This document shows, piece by piece, positions 39,954-50,758 of a DNA stretch of 64,000 nucleotides (positions within the stretch are counted from its first letter, which is position 1; each line of letters begins with the position of its first letter). A program made the translations under genes and the position numbers. The notes under the pieces are model-generated. The model was not told where the DNA came from and searched no databases. It saw only the letters and a list, made by a program, of their open reading frames with translations. Origin of the DNA: a virus; IMG/VR virus record IMGVR_UViG_3300010885_057925, positions 64,001 to 128,000 of that record; one strand, written 5' to 3'.

Positions 39954-41113
39954 TTTAAAATATCTCCGATTGTGCTCTCATAAAATTCATTGATCGCCAG
40001 CGGATTATGAGAATTAATCAAAATCTTAGATAAATCAGCGGCCCATTGTCTTGGATTTTCAGAAGAGTTCTTAAACTTTCTGACTTTCTTCTTGAAATCA
40101 GACTCTCTAACCTCGGCCCACTTTGTTCCAGCGATCCAGATATTATTGTCGACTCTGCTAGCATGTATTGGAGTCATATCGTATTCTAGCTTCACAAACT
40201 TTCCCTTGCCCATGAAGTCCATGTGGCCAGATTGCTCAGTTGCAATCACCGGTAGTCCGCTAGCTGCAGCCTCAAGAATTGGAAGACCAAATCCCTCGCC
40301 ACGAGTAGGAGCGACTAGAGCTTTAACGGTGCTGTGACGATAAAGACCAGCAATCTCAGAATTGGACATTATGCCATGAATGACGTGAACTCTCGGGAAT
40401 GGGCCACGACGAACCTCTTTCAGAGTATTTCTGAGAGCATTTTCAACTCCAGCCCAATCGAGTCTAGTTCCACGCCCGACGTTTGTCTTCACGATGATGC
40501 CTACGTCTGGATCGTTCGCGAACTCCTCACAAAGCCACTTTAGAGCAAAGAAGATATTCTTTCTATCGTTGAAAGGGTTGTTACCTGTCAACGTCCCGAC
40601 AAGAAGAAAATTGAACTTAGTCTCAAAATTAGCCTCAAATCTACAATTTTCATCCAAAATTTCTGGAATGAAGCTTTCGGGTATCACGACAATTGGAGTC
40701 GTTACGTCTCCCGTATCTCGAAGAGTCTTTTCACAAAAAGTCGATGGAACAACAACGGTATCCATCGAATTGCAGCACTTTATCCACTCTGGGTTGCATC
40801 TATCAGATTCTACTACAGCCGTCACTCCAACGTTCTTGTGAGCAAGCTCGGTAGACCACTCGTTCGGAAGTTGGATCTGAAACGAAACATCAAACTTCTC
40901 GCTGGGGTCTGCGCTTCGCTTCATGATTTCTCCTATTAATCCACCTTCTGCAGACGGATTAACGTGCCAGCTCGTAGAGCCCCATGGAAGTATTTGGACT
41001 TTGATATCATCGCTCTGATGCTTCGCCAGCAACCAACGAAATACCTGACGAGCGTGATTTCCATAACCAGACTCGCTGAGAAGTGGTCCTCTTACCAGTA
41101 TCTTCTTACTCAT
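39950..41113 (-). CDS. Glycosyltransferase, GT4 family
   Basis: SGYG N-terminal motif; PTRGEGFGLPILEAAASGLPVIAT. Start moved to ATG 41113 (ATGA overlap). Confidence 0.9.
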   Translation of the reverse strand: MSKKILVRGPLLSESGYGNHARQVFRWLLAKHQSDDIKVQILPWGSTSWHVNPSAEGGLIGEIMKRSADPSEKFDVSFQIQLPNEWSTELAHKNVGVTAVVESDRCNPEWIKCCNSMDTVVVPSTFCEKTLRDTGDVTTPIVVIPESFIPEILDENCRFEANFETKFNFLLVGTLTGNNPFNDRKNIFFALKWLCEEFANDPDVGIIVKTNVGRGTRLDWAGVENALRNTLKEVRRGPFPRVHVIHGIMSNSEIAGLYRHSTVKALVAPTRGEGFGLPILEAAASGLPVIATEQSGHMDFMGKGKFVKLEYDMTPIHASRVDNNIWIAGTKWAEVRESDFKKKVRKFKNSSENPRQWAADLSKILINSHNPLAINEFYESTIGDILK

Positions 41114-42351
41114 AACGTCACCTTCTTCCAGGCATTGTATCTTGTCTTCCAATTTTCTATCGTCTCTTTCAATGTTTCATCCCAACGATTTATGACATTG
41201 TCGTAGGAAAACTCTTCCTGCACGTAGCGACGTGCTTTCTCTCCCAACGCTTTTCTTTCATCAGGTGAAAGCCTGTAGAGCTTCTCTATCGCGTTGGCAG
41301 TAGTTTCATTCGAGACGTAATCTTCGTATATGTAAGGAACAACCTGCGATCCGACTAGCGTTCGATTCTCAATTGGAAGAGCGACCCCATTCTCAGATCC
41401 ATCACGATGATCAATCACCTGACGTGTCAATCCGCCAGTCGTTGCGGCGATAATTGGACGACCGCACTGCATAGCTTCAAGAGTCGCAAGACCGAAACCC
41501 TCTGCATACGAGATGTTGATGCATGCGTCAGATATGTTATGCAGAATGTTCATCTTCTCAAAATCAATCCGATCGGTTGAGAAAATTACGCTGTCTTGAA
41601 CTCCAAAAAACTTGACTACCTCATGAAGGTTTGGTCCCTCCTGGTCAAGAGGATCGGTGTGCATGATAAGGGACGCGTCCCGCTTTCCCTCTTGCTTGAT
41701 CTTCTTTGCAAAGATGGACCATGCCTCGATCACATCGCTGGGACGCTTTCGGCGAGCATTTCGATTGACCCAGAAAAGAACAAAGTTATCTTTCTTGGTT
41801 GGGCCAAGAATCTCAACCTTTCTAGCCAACCTCTGCTCGTCAGTTAGCGGATAGAAAATCTCTGGCGGTAGAGCGTGAGGTATGAAGTTTGACTTCTCAG
41901 GAAAATCCTGCTTGCAGATCTCATACGTAAGATACGAATGACAGTTGATCAGATCCGTAGAATCATAAAACGGAGCGTTAAAGGCAGGCTTCGGCCAATT
42001 GTCCCAGACATGCCACCAAGCGATTGGGCAAACCTGGTGGATCTCGTCTTCCATTTCAAAGAGCCATACGAAAAATCTAGGGTCAGTGAAAATGAGAATC
42101 AGATCTGGCTTCTCAGTTGCGAGCGTGACCCGAAGCATCTCTTTTGTGCCGAACCCGTCAATGGGCTTGATGATGAAATCATCATTCACTACGATAGTTC
42201 GGTAGTCAGAGTGCTTAATAGCGGCACCGAATTGCCTGAATGTCCACCCACCTTTCTTCAGCAGACCATTCACCAAGTGTCTTGTTTGCGTTCCAACTCC
42301 AGAGGTTGACAGAGCATGGTCAGACAGTATTAGAACCTTTTTCTTCTGCAA
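41110..42351 (-). CDS. Glycosyltransferase, GT4 family
   Basis: SGVG, NRNARRK and SYAEGFGLATLEAMQCGRPIIA motifs. Confidence 0.9.
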   Translation of the reverse strand: MQKKKVLILSDHALSTSGVGTQTRHLVNGLLKKGGWTFRQFGAAIKHSDYRTIVVNDDFIIKPIDGFGTKEMLRVTLATEKPDLILIFTDPRFFVWLFEMEDEIHQVCPIAWWHVWDNWPKPAFNAPFYDSTDLINCHSYLTYEICKQDFPEKSNFIPHALPPEIFYPLTDEQRLARKVEILGPTKKDNFVLFWVNRNARRKRPSDVIEAWSIFAKKIKQEGKRDASLIMHTDPLDQEGPNLHEVVKFFGVQDSVIFSTDRIDFEKMNILHNISDACINISYAEGFGLATLEAMQCGRPIIAATTGGLTRQVIDHRDGSENGVALPIENRTLVGSQVVPYIYEDYVSNETTANAIEKLYRLSPDERKALGEKARRYVQEEFSYDNVINRWDETLKETIENWKTRYNAWKKVTL

Positions 42352-42399
42352 GAAACTTTCCTCTTTCGAAAAATTAAGAAGAGAGAACCATAAGTAAAT

Positions 42400-43194
42400 T
42401 TAAGTACAGTGCTCTGTGTTGAGATAAGGGCAGTACTGGCAAGACTGTCGATTCTTAATCTTCGTTCCCTTTCTCATGCCTGCAATCGTGTTAGAAACAA
42501 GCTTGTTAGCTTTCTGCATCGCGACAGGACCGACCGAGACCGTGAAGAGCTCAACACACTTCCCGGCCTTAGCTCCCTTCTTAAGGAGCACGTAACCGCA
42601 CTTGATGTAACGAGCTCCATCGAAAAGTTCCCTGTGCTTATTCATGAGATACGACTTGTAGAGAGCAACCTGAGCCAGAGTCAGCGGGTCCTGCTTCTTC
42701 TCAACTCTCCAACCGCCTGCCCCGGCCGTCTTCCAGTCAAGAACCCAAAGATCGTAGCCGCCCTTCTCTCGTGGAACTTTGATTATGCAGTCAACGAAAC
42801 CCTTGAAGTATGCATCTCGATCTTCGATCGATTCGTAGAGCGCTTCCTCCGCAGACACCGTCTCCCAACCAGGGAAAGTCTCATCGAGCCATGCAGGAAC
42901 TTCTTCCAGCGCATTTTTTGCCCAAGTTGCCCACTTCTCAGCTTCTGGAAATCCCTTAGAGTCCCAGGCTGCAACAATATCCATGAGGCAGCGCTCGATG
43001 TCCATCACACGAGTCTTCAGGTATCCTTCACATGCTGAGTGAACTGCAGTTCCAAAATCTAAGTGCTCGCTTGGCTTGTCGAGGTTGATCTTCTTGATCT
43101 GCTGAAGGTAGTGACGGTACGGACACTCGTTCCAGCTTCTGACCTCAGAGTAAGAAACGTGAGCTTTTCCTGTCGGAAGAAGATTATCAGACAA
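42400..43194 (-). CDS. PD-(D/E)XK nuclease, Cas4/AddB-like with Fe-S cysteines
   Basis: SYS..CPY, FGTAVH, E..KGFVD..LDWKT, C-terminal CQYCPY..C; TTG at 43194 preceded by AAGGAGG. Confidence 0.85.
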   Translation of the reverse strand: MSDNLLPTGKAHVSYSEVRSWNECPYRHYLQQIKKINLDKPSEHLDFGTAVHSACEGYLKTRVMDIERCLMDIVAAWDSKGFPEAEKWATWAKNALEEVPAWLDETFPGWETVSAEEALYESIEDRDAYFKGFVDCIIKVPREKGGYDLWVLDWKTAGAGGWRVEKKQDPLTLAQVALYKSYLMNKHRELFDGARYIKCGYVLLKKGAKAGKCVELFTVSVGPVAMQKANKLVSNTIAGMRKGTKIKNRQSCQYCPYLNTEHCT

Positions 43195-44284
43195 GTTCCC
43201 TCCTTGACTTCTGCAGAGCAGATCCAACTACCTGATGCATATCGTAATACTTGTACTCAGCCAATCGACCTCCGAATAGAACGTTAGACTCAAGTTCTGC
43301 AACTTCTTTGTACTTTCGATAAATTTCAGTGTTCTTTTCATCACCGATCGGATAATACGGAGTTGCGCTACGATCCCAAGCGATTGGATACTCCTTGGTG
43401 TAGATCGTGCTCTTCAGCTTGTCCAACCGTTCTGGTGTGAAATGCTTATGTTCGGTGATTCTGGTGTAAGGGACTGATGCATCACCGTAGTTTACGATGG
43501 CATTTCCTTGAAAGTCTCCCTCTCTCTTCTCTTCCTCAAAGCGAAGAGATCGATACTCTAGATCACCGAACTTGTAATCGAAAAACTCATCAATCTTTCC
43601 AGTGTACACAACTCTCTTCGCCATCGAATTCCACTTCTCGCGATTGCTGAAGTAGTTTTCTCCCAGCGCGATTTCGCAACCATTCAACATATTGTTGAAG
43701 ATGTTTGTGTATCCTTCTTTTGGAATTCCCTGGTACGTATCGTTGAAGTAGTTATCATCGAATGTCATCCTGATGGGAAGACGTTTGATAATTGAAGCCG
43801 GCAAGTCTTTTGGATCACGCATCCACTGCTTGGTAGTGTATCCACGAATGAAAATATCGTAGATTTCAGGCCCGACTTGAGAAAGAATCCAGTCTTCTAG
43901 ATTACTTGGATTCTCGCGTGGAACTCGAACAGTCTCGAGCTTTCTCATAGCTTCGTCAGGAGTATTGACTCCCCATACCTGATGAAGCGTCATCAAATTA
44001 ATTGGGAATGAGTACATCCTGTTTCTATGCTTGACCTTGGGTCGAAGCACAAAATTGTTGAACTCGGTGAATTGATTCATAAACTTCCAAATTCTTTCAT
44101 CGGAAGTATGAAAGATGTGCGGGCCGTACTTATGAACGTCGATTCCATCACGACGCTCGCTATAGCAGTTTCCACCGATGTGCTCTCTTCTGTCGATTAG
44201 AAGAACGCTCTTACCCTTGCTTCGAGCTTCATGAGCAAATACACTGCCGAAAAGACCAGCACCAATAATGAGGTAGTCGTACAT
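43187..44284 (-). CDS. glf: UDP-galactopyranose mutase
   Basis: IIGAGLFG, HIGGNCY, HKYGPHIFHT, YFNDTYQGIP, GRLAEYKYYDMHQ. Confidence 0.97.
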   Translation of the reverse strand: MYDYLIIGAGLFGSVFAHEARSKGKSVLLIDRREHIGGNCYSERRDGIDVHKYGPHIFHTSDERIWKFMNQFTEFNNFVLRPKVKHRNRMYSFPINLMTLHQVWGVNTPDEAMRKLETVRVPRENPSNLEDWILSQVGPEIYDIFIRGYTTKQWMRDPKDLPASIIKRLPIRMTFDDNYFNDTYQGIPKEGYTNIFNNMLNGCEIALGENYFSNREKWNSMAKRVVYTGKIDEFFDYKFGDLEYRSLRFEEEKREGDFQGNAIVNYGDASVPYTRITEHKHFTPERLDKLKSTIYTKEYPIAWDRSATPYYPIGDEKNTEIYRKYKEVAELESNVLFGGRLAEYKYYDMHQVVGSALQKSRRELV

Positions 44285-44289
44285 GGCTT

Positions 44290-44318
44290 ATATTAAACCA
44301 CGTACGACTACTTTTCAA
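44290..44318 (-). promoter_or_regulatory. Sigma70-type promoter for glf, probably leaderless
   Basis: TTGAAA-17 nt-TAATAT, 5 nt before ATG. Confidence 0.6.
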
Positions 44319-44326
44319 TCTTAATT

Positions 44327-45208
44327 CTACTTGAAGCTGTTTAGATAATCCTCAAGCTTTACCTTCGGCTCCCAACCAAGCTCATTGAAAGCTCGATTAT
44401 TGTTTGCTAGAGTCTCTCTTGTCTCACCGACTCGCTCAGAAACGTAGAGGCGATCTCCACCGATCATAGCTGCAAGATCATTTATCGAGTAATTTTTACC
44501 AGTTCCGATGTTGACCGGTCCGACCACCCACGGCTTTTCAGCTGCGATTAAATTGGCCTTGACAGCATCACTTATATGTGTGAAATCTCTTCGCTGATTT
44601 CCGTCACCCACAATTGTCATGGTATCTCCAGCAGCTTTCTGTCTCATGAAAAGACCCATAACAGGAGCGTACTCACCCTTTAGCGGCTCGCGTGGACCGT
44701 AAACATTGAAGTAGCGAAGAGAGATGGTCGAAAGCCCGTACAGCTTCGTGTAGAGCTCACAAACTTCCTCACCCTGCCACTTAGAGAGCGAATAAGGAGT
44801 TGCGCAACCCTTCGGAGCACTTTCGATAAACGGAGGCTTGGACGCGTGACCGTAGTAAGAAGACGAAGCTGAGTAGACAACGCGCTTCACACCCGCTAGA
44901 CGACTGCAATCAAGAACTCTCTGCGTCCCTAGCACGTTGACAGAGAAGCACTCTGATGGGTTGTTAACCGTTGGCTGGATTCTGGACCTAGCAGCGAGAT
45001 GGAAAACAACGTCAACACCATCGTACAAGTCCTGGTGAAGGTTGCGAATATCAGCGTCTATGTTTGTTGCAGCATCGTTCCAGTAGAACTGGTCATTTTG
45101 TGGCGCCGACTTATCATCAACGCAGATGACTTCATCACCACGAGCAATCAGAGCATCAACAACATGGGAGCCGATGAACCCAGCACCGCCAGTCACAAGA
45201 TAACGCAT
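44327..45208 (-). CDS. NAD-dependent nucleotide-sugar epimerase/dehydratase (extended SDR)
   Basis: TGGAGFIGSH, YSASSS, YSLSK (YxxxK), RYFNVYGP, RDFTH. Confidence 0.92.
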   Translation of the reverse strand: MRYLVTGGAGFIGSHVVDALIARGDEVICVDDKSAPQNDQFYWNDAATNIDADIRNLHQDLYDGVDVVFHLAARSRIQPTVNNPSECFSVNVLGTQRVLDCSRLAGVKRVVYSASSSYYGHASKPPFIESAPKGCATPYSLSKWQGEEVCELYTKLYGLSTISLRYFNVYGPREPLKGEYAPVMGLFMRQKAAGDTMTIVGDGNQRRDFTHISDAVKANLIAAEKPWVVGPVNIGTGKNYSINDLAAMIGGDRLYVSERVGETRETLANNNRAFNELGWEPKVKLEDYLNSFK

Positions 45209-46179
45209 CAAGAGCTCCTCTTGCTGACAGCGCGACCGATCTGCTTCTCCCAGTCTCTGTCGTTCGGGCTTCGAATCTCAAGATTCTTCGACCAAGCTGC
45301 TTGCATCACAGTCGGCTTGACGTCGTAATAACGAGCAACGCTCATGAGAGCGTTGATATCCTTAGGGAAGCAATGACCGCCGAAGCCACGCACATAACGA
45401 CCATCATGAGTTGGGACAGGACCTGGAACGGACCAGTGAGACTCACCCAAACGACGATCAAACTTAGCGTACTCAACAACCTTGTCGTAATCGATGTTGA
45501 GACCATCTGCGTCAAGAGCTTCACAAATCTGTGAGATCTCATTAGCAAACGATACCTTGACTGCCAGCATACAATTGGTCACGTACTTGACCATCTCGGC
45601 AGTTGTAGAGCTCGTCTTAACGATTGTAACTTTCGGGAAAGCTCGCTGGAATACGTTCTTGACAGTGTTGATATAGGGCCGTGGGCCACCCAGAACGATG
45701 CGATTCTGCTCTCGCATGTCATTCACAGCATTCGCTTCGGTCAGAAACTCTGGGTTGAAGACGACGTGGAGGCCTTTGTCGTTGAACTTCTTATTCCAGT
45801 TTTCTGTCGATCCGGGCGGAACAGTGGACTTCACCACAGCGACTCTCTCAGGAGAGTCAGAGGTGTAAGAAGAGTTAGCAATCTCTGCCAAAACCCCCTC
45901 AACAATCGAAGTATCTGCCGCTCCGTCCTCATACATCGGAGTTGGTACGCAAACAAAGAACACGCCAGAGAAACCAGAAGTTCCCTCACATTCTGTCACG
46001 AACTCTGCTACAGAGCCCGGGTAGATAACTTCGTCAGAGTTATTCCTTCGGAAGCCATTCATTCCACCGTTAGCCAGCTTTCCCGCCTTGTCATACACGA
46101 AGACTCTCTCGCCGCGTTCGGAAAATACCGTCGTGAGGCTGCCACCGACGAAACCTTGACCGATAACACCAATGCTCAT
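45208..46179 (-). CDS. ugd: UDP-glucose/GDP-mannose dehydrogenase family (short form)
   Basis: GQGFVG, CVPTP, KSTVPPG, NPEFL, AEMVKY, GFGGHCFPKD; ATG 46179 with AAGGAG SD. Confidence 0.88.
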   Translation of the reverse strand: MSIGVIGQGFVGGSLTTVFSERGERVFVYDKAGKLANGGMNGFRRNNSDEVIYPGSVAEFVTECEGTSGFSGVFFVCVPTPMYEDGAADTSIVEGVLAEIANSSYTSDSPERVAVVKSTVPPGSTENWNKKFNDKGLHVVFNPEFLTEANAVNDMREQNRIVLGGPRPYINTVKNVFQRAFPKVTIVKTSSTTAEMVKYVTNCMLAVKVSFANEISQICEALDADGLNIDYDKVVEYAKFDRRLGESHWSVPGPVPTHDGRYVRGFGGHCFPKDINALMSVARYYDVKPTVMQAAWSKNLEIRSPNDRDWEKQIGRAVSKRSS

Positions 46180-46195
46180 TTTCTCTCCTTGATTG

Positions 46196-46224
46196 ATTAT
46201 CACATAAGAGAGTTACATTTTCAA
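46196..46224 (-). promoter_or_regulatory. Sigma70-type promoter for ugd
   Basis: TTGAAA-17 nt-GATAAT with TG extension, followed by SD AAGGAG. Confidence 0.6.
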
Positions 46225-46629
46225 ATCTAAAATTGAACTGGCTATCTTTTTCTTTAGATCGGTGAGGTTGTAGTCGTGATTTCTGCTGCAGAAATAGACG
46301 GGTTTTCCGAGTTCATCGCCTGTGAATCTCTTATTGACATAATCGGAGCCAAGTATTCTGACATCGAAACTTACTCTCGCAAGCAATCTGCGAAGATCTT
46401 CTTCAGTGTTGTAATAGACGACTTCGTCAACATGCTTCAAGGCTCGAAGTATCTCGGCTCTTTCTTCCCAAGACTGAACTGGCTTACACTTACTTGGTCT
46501 ATCGATAGTTGGGTCATCCTGCAATGCTACGATCAGACTTTCGCAGATTGCTTTTGACTCCCGAAACATTCGAATGTATCCAGGGTGGATTAGGTCGAAT
46601 GACCCAGCGATTAGTCCCGATTTATACAA
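46213..46629 (-). CDS. Cytidylyltransferase, TagD/RfaE-like
   Basis: [10 protein letters not shown] (HxGH-like), [19 protein letters not shown]. Confidence 0.85.
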   Translation of the reverse strand: MYKSGLIAGSFDLIHPGYIRMFRESKAICESLIVALQDDPTIDRPSKCKPVQSWEERAEILRALKHVDEVVYYNTEEDLRRLLARVSFDVRILGSDYVNKRFTGDELGKPVYFCSRNHDYNLTDLKKKIASSILDLKM

Positions 46630-47594
46630 GACGACTCCAGCTGTCTGTAATCCTCTTCATACATAAGCCGGGCCAATTCTTTGAACGTAGTTCTTGGTGA
46701 CCATCCCAATTTTTCTCTTGCTTTAGAGAAATCTCCTTCGAGCCATGGAACTTCATGAGGACGCTTAAGACGATCATCTATCAAAAGATGCTTATCGACG
46801 TCAAGGCTGGCAATCTGGAAGACCTCGTCTAAGAATTCTCTGACCGTGTGAGTCTCACCTGTCGCAATGACGTAATCATCGGGCTTGTCCTGTTGAAGCA
46901 TCAACCACATCGCCTCAACGTAGTCTTTCGCGTAACCCCAGTCGCGGAGCGCGTCAAGATTGCCGAGAGCGATCTTGTCTTGGAGACCGAGCTTGATTCG
47001 TGCAGCTGCAAGCGTGATCTTGCGAGTGACAAATGTTTCACCACGACGAGGGCTCTCATGATTGAAAAGAATGCCTGAAGATGCGTGAATGCCGTAGCCC
47101 TCGCGGTAGTTGCGAGTGAGACCGTGAGCGAAGACCTTGGCGCAGGCGTACGGAGACGCTGGCATTAGACGTGTCTCCTCATTCTGAGGGTGCTCGGGAT
47201 TATCACCGTACATCTCAGACGAAGATGCTTGATAGAACCTGCAATCAGGTTGCATGGTCCTGATGCACTCAAGAAGTCGAAGAGGTCCCATCGCTACCGA
47301 GTCCACAGTTTCCTCAGGCACTTCAAACGAGACTCTAACATGCGACTGCGCCGCGAGGTTGTAGACCTCATCAAACTTCTGGTTTGCGAAGAGACGGTAG
47401 AATGCTCCAGCATCGTTCATAGAGCCGTAAACAAGCTGAAAGTTTTTGTGAGCAAGAAGATGATCGATTCTGTCAGTTGCGAGAAGAGAGGTTCTCCGCT
47501 TCATGCCAACGACTTTGTATCCCTTTTCTAGCAAAAGCTCGATGAGGTACGACCCGTCTTGGCCTGTGCATCCAGTCACAAGAGCTGTTTTCAT
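46611..47594 (-). CDS. gmd: GDP-mannose 4,6-dehydratase
   Basis: [62 protein letters not shown]. Confidence 0.97.
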   Translation of the reverse strand: MKTALVTGCTGQDGSYLIELLLEKGYKVVGMKRRTSLLATDRIDHLLAHKNFQLVYGSMNDAGAFYRLFANQKFDEVYNLAAQSHVRVSFEVPEETVDSVAMGPLRLLECIRTMQPDCRFYQASSSEMYGDNPEHPQNEETRLMPASPYACAKVFAHGLTRNYREGYGIHASSGILFNHESPRRGETFVTRKITLAAARIKLGLQDKIALGNLDALRDWGYAKDYVEAMWLMLQQDKPDDYVIATGETHTVREFLDEVFQIASLDVDKHLLIDDRLKRPHEVPWLEGDFSKAREKLGWSPRTTFKELARLMYEEDYRQLESSCINRD

Positions 47595-48532
47595 ATCTTA
47601 ATCTTAACCCCTCGAACGTCAGGGTATCTATCTACGAATGATTTTATTGTCTCTCTAAGGCCATCACGAAGCGGAGTGTACTCATCCGTCCAACCAAGAG
47701 ATCTAAGCTTCTTGTTGGATGATGGCTTCTCATACTGACCGTCAGGCTTTGAAGAGTCAAACTTCACATGTCCCTCAAATCCGATTTCCTCTCCGATCAT
47801 CAGAGAAAGATGTTCGATAGAGACCCAATCAGGATTTCCAATGTTGACGGGCTCATCACTGTCATAGTTTTCTGCTAGCCACAGGATGATCTTTGCTGCA
47901 TCTCTAGCAAAAGTGAACTCTCGAATTGGACGTCCAGATCCCCAAACAATGACCTCATTCCTGCCTTCAAGCATCGCCTCGTGGAACTTGCGAATGAGAG
48001 CTGGTATGACATGACCACTGTTGAGATCGTAGTTGTCATTGATGCCATAGAGATTGTTCGGAATGACTGAGATGAAGTTGCATCCGAACTGTTGACGGTA
48101 AGCTCTGCTCTGAACCTCAAGCATCCTCTTTGCGTATGCATACCCAAAATTCGAATGATGCGGTGGGCCCATGTGAAGCTGATCCTCGGTGAGCGGGTAC
48201 TTCACATAAGGGGCATCTGGGTAGATGCAAGTCGAAAGCACGGAGACAAGCTTCAGGTTATTCTCTCTGCAAGCGTCCAGCACATTCATGTTCATCTTGA
48301 CGTTGTCGTCAAAAAAGTCTGCGACATAGTCTGTGTTTGCCTTCACACCGCCGACCTTTGCCGCGCAGTGAATGACTGTGTCTACACGACCATCTTCAAG
48401 AGTGAGAATAGCGTGGTTTGACTCAGTCAGATCGCAATCCCTTGAATTGAGACCAATTGATCCTGTTGACAGAGCAAGAATCTCACTGCCCAAGAGCCCT
48501 GACACTCCAGTTATGAGATTCACGGGCTCCAT
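47591..48532 (-). CDS. fcl: GDP-L-fucose synthase
   Basis: [49 protein letters not shown]; adjacent to gmd. Start may be GTG 48523. Confidence 0.93.
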   Translation of the reverse strand: MEPVNLITGVSGLLGSEILALSTGSIGLNSRDCDLTESNHAILTLEDGRVDTVIHCAAKVGGVKANTDYVADFFDDNVKMNMNVLDACRENNLKLVSVLSTCIYPDAPYVKYPLTEDQLHMGPPHHSNFGYAYAKRMLEVQSRAYRQQFGCNFISVIPNNLYGINDNYDLNSGHVIPALIRKFHEAMLEGRNEVIVWGSGRPIREFTFARDAAKIILWLAENYDSDEPVNIGNPDWVSIEHLSLMIGEEIGFEGHVKFDSSKPDGQYEKPSSNKKLRSLGWTDEYTPLRDGLRETIKSFVDRYPDVRGVKIKI

Positions 48533-49341
48533 AGATGAAACTCATTCTTAGAAATTAGATCTGCAACCTCTTCGGAAATCGGGCAGTTTCCAGTTATCCC
48601 ACGCTCAATGTAGGCCGGCTGCTTGTAGACAACCTTGGGATAATGCCCCTTCTCTGGACCTCTGATTCCAAGCTCTGCTTTTATTCCCACCATGTGTAGC
48701 TTCATCTGTTCAAGAGCCATGAGGCACAAAGGCTCAGCCAGCCTGAAATTAAACCCGACGTGGACGTGATTGTACTTTCCGTCTTGACCCTGCTCGCAGA
48801 TAGATCGTATCTTCTTAGCGTCAAGTTTGGAGTTTTTTGGAGTGCAGATCATTCCACCTTCAAACGTTGAGATGTTCTTCGTCTTATAGAAAGAGAACGT
48901 TCCAACGTCCGACATCATTCCAGCGAATCTTCCGTGGTGATCTTGCGATGCAAATCCCTGAGCAGTGTCTTCTATAACAATGAGATCGTGCTTTCTAGCT
49001 ATCTCATTGATCTCATCCATCTGGCAGATTCTGCCGTAAAGATGCACTGGGATAATTGCGCGAGTCCTGGGAGTGATTGCTGCTTCAATCTTCTTCGGAT
49101 CAATTAAGAGCGTTTTCGGATCTATATCAACAAATACCGGAGTTCCACCTGCGATCAAGATTGCGTTGCTTGTCGCGATGAACGTGAACGGAGTGGTGAT
49201 GATCTCATCGCCAGGCTTCAAGTCAAGAGACCATGTACATGCGATCAATGCGCTTGTGCCGTTGTTGACCGCAACGCAATCCTGCAGATCAAATTCATTT
49301 CTAACGTAGTTCTCAAAAGCTTCTCTTACAAATGCAGGCAA
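48520..49341 (-). CDS. DegT/DnrJ/EryC1/StrS PLP-dependent sugar aminotransferase (compact)
   Basis: NNGTSAL, TPFTFIAT, PVHLYG, IEDTAQ, FSFYKTKNISTFEGG with PLP lysine. Confidence 0.9.
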   Translation of the reverse strand: MPAFVREAFENYVRNEFDLQDCVAVNNGTSALIACTWSLDLKPGDEIITTPFTFIATSNAILIAGGTPVFVDIDPKTLLIDPKKIEAAITPRTRAIIPVHLYGRICQMDEINEIARKHDLIVIEDTAQGFASQDHHGRFAGMMSDVGTFSFYKTKNISTFEGGMICTPKNSKLDAKKIRSICEQGQDGKYNHVHVGFNFRLAEPLCLMALEQMKLHMVGIKAELGIRGPEKGHYPKVVYKQPAYIERGITGNCPISEEVADLISKNEFHLWSP

Positions 49342-49355
49342 GTTCTCTCTCTTTT

Positions 49356-50087
49356 TTAGATTTTAGAAGAACTCGCGCTATTGTACAAAAACTTTTCGTA
49401 AATCTCTCTCAACCCCTGAGGGCATTCATCGATCGACGCGTTGCCGTTCTGACACTTTCTAAAAAAATCTAACACGATGCTTGAGCTGACGTTTATGAGA
49501 TCTTTGTTTCTCGAGAACCCTATCATATTAAATCCCGACTTGTCATCTTTTATGACGGTGAAAGGAAGAACGTCAGATCTGACGCTTGTACCCATTCCTA
49601 TCATAGAAAATCCGCCAATTTTGACGTTCTGATGAACGCAACTATTCATGCCAATATTTGCGAGCTTTCCAATGTAGCAATGACCTCCGATCTGAGCTCC
49701 ATTAGAGATGATGACAAAATCATCGAGAATGACGTCATGACCAACGTTTATGTGATTCATGATGTAGCAACCGTTTCCTATCTTAGTCTCTAGTCCAGTT
49801 GGCGAGTGGACGGTGCAATATTCTCTCAACGTGTTTTGCGAACCAATGATTACTTTTCCGTCTTTGTTTCGGCGAGATCTTGCATGCTGCGGCTCTTGAC
49901 CGATACAGACGCCATGAGAAATCACGTTGCCGTCTCCAATTACAACGTCATTCTCTATGATAACGTTTCTTCCGATTCTGTTGTTGGAACCGATTGTTAT
50001 GTTACCTTCAATGTAGCAATTTCCCTCTATGATACAATTTTCGCCCAACACTACGTTTTTTCCCACAAACGAAGTAGGGTGCGTCAT
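49356..50087 (-). CDS. LpxA-like hexapeptide-repeat acyltransferase
   Basis: Hexapeptide repeats; IGQEPQH, IGSQNTLREYCTVH, VGHD, VHQ..IGGFSMIG closely follow the LpxA pattern. Confidence 0.85.
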   Translation of the reverse strand: MTHPTSFVGKNVVLGENCIIEGNCYIEGNITIGSNNRIGRNVIIENDVVIGDGNVISHGVCIGQEPQHARSRRNKDGKVIIGSQNTLREYCTVHSPTGLETKIGNGCYIMNHINVGHDVILDDFVIISNGAQIGGHCYIGKLANIGMNSCVHQNVKIGGFSMIGMGTSVRSDVLPFTVIKDDKSGFNMIGFSRNKDLINVSSSIVLDFFRKCQNGNASIDECPQGLREIYEKFLYNSASSSKI

Positions 50088-50758
50088 ACTGTGAAACCGC
50101 CGTCAATCACGATGTCAGAGCCATTCATAAAATCAGACTTGTCAACCAAGAACTGAACAGCATCAACAACTTCATTGATCTCAGCGAGCCTCTTCATTGG
50201 AGTTCTTTCTGAAATCTTTGACTTCTGAACTTGAGACAGATCTTTTGACATTTCAGTCTCCATGTATCCGGGAGACACAACGTTCGCCCTTATCCCTCTT
50301 GATCCCATCTCGACAGCGATAGTTTTAGCAAAAGAATTTATGGATGACTTGCTCATAGAGTAAGCCGCCAATCCCTTAAAGTGCTTTTTTGCACAAATGG
50401 AAGATACAAAGATGACATGTCCTTTCTTCTTCTGGCGAAGTCTGTGTTGCATCCACAGTTTGGTCATCATTGCAGGAGCCAAAACGTTAACTTTGTGAAT
50501 TCTTAAATACGAATCGAGAGTCTCAACAATCGCTAGATTGCTGTTTGTTATGGCTGCGTTGTGTACCAGAACGTCAACATCAGAAAGCAGATCTCCCAAT
50601 TTGTCTATCGAACCGAGGTCTTCTAGGTCAAATGAAACATGTTCCCATGAAAATTCAGAAGAGCTTCTAGAAAGACCAACTACTTCGTGATCGATTTTAA
50701 GACGCTCGCAGATGCTATAGCCGAGACCCTTTGAGTCTCCAGTAATCAAAACTTTCAT
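50084..50758 (-). CDS. SDR oxidoreductase, FabG-like ketoreductase
   Basis: TGDSKGLG, HNAA, YSMSK, NVVSPGYMETEM, TPMKR, IDGG. Confidence 0.9.
   Translation of the reverse strand: MKVLITGDSKGLGYSICERLKIDHEVVGLSRSSSEFSWEHVSFDLEDLGSIDKLGDLLSDVDVLVHNAAITNSNLAIVETLDSYLRIHKVNVLAPAMMTKLWMQHRLRQKKKGHVIFVSSICAKKHFKGLAAYSMSKSSINSFAKTIAVEMGSRGIRANVVSPGYMETEMSKDLSQVQKSKISERTPMKRLAEINEVVDAVQFLVDKSDFMNGSDIVIDGGFTV

Noticed and set aside
42409-43038. Plus-strand ORFs such as 42409..43038, 60187..60768, 37492..38019 and 5324..5836
   Set aside because: All lie antisense to well-supported minus-strand genes and have no recognisable motifs; treated as shadow ORFs.
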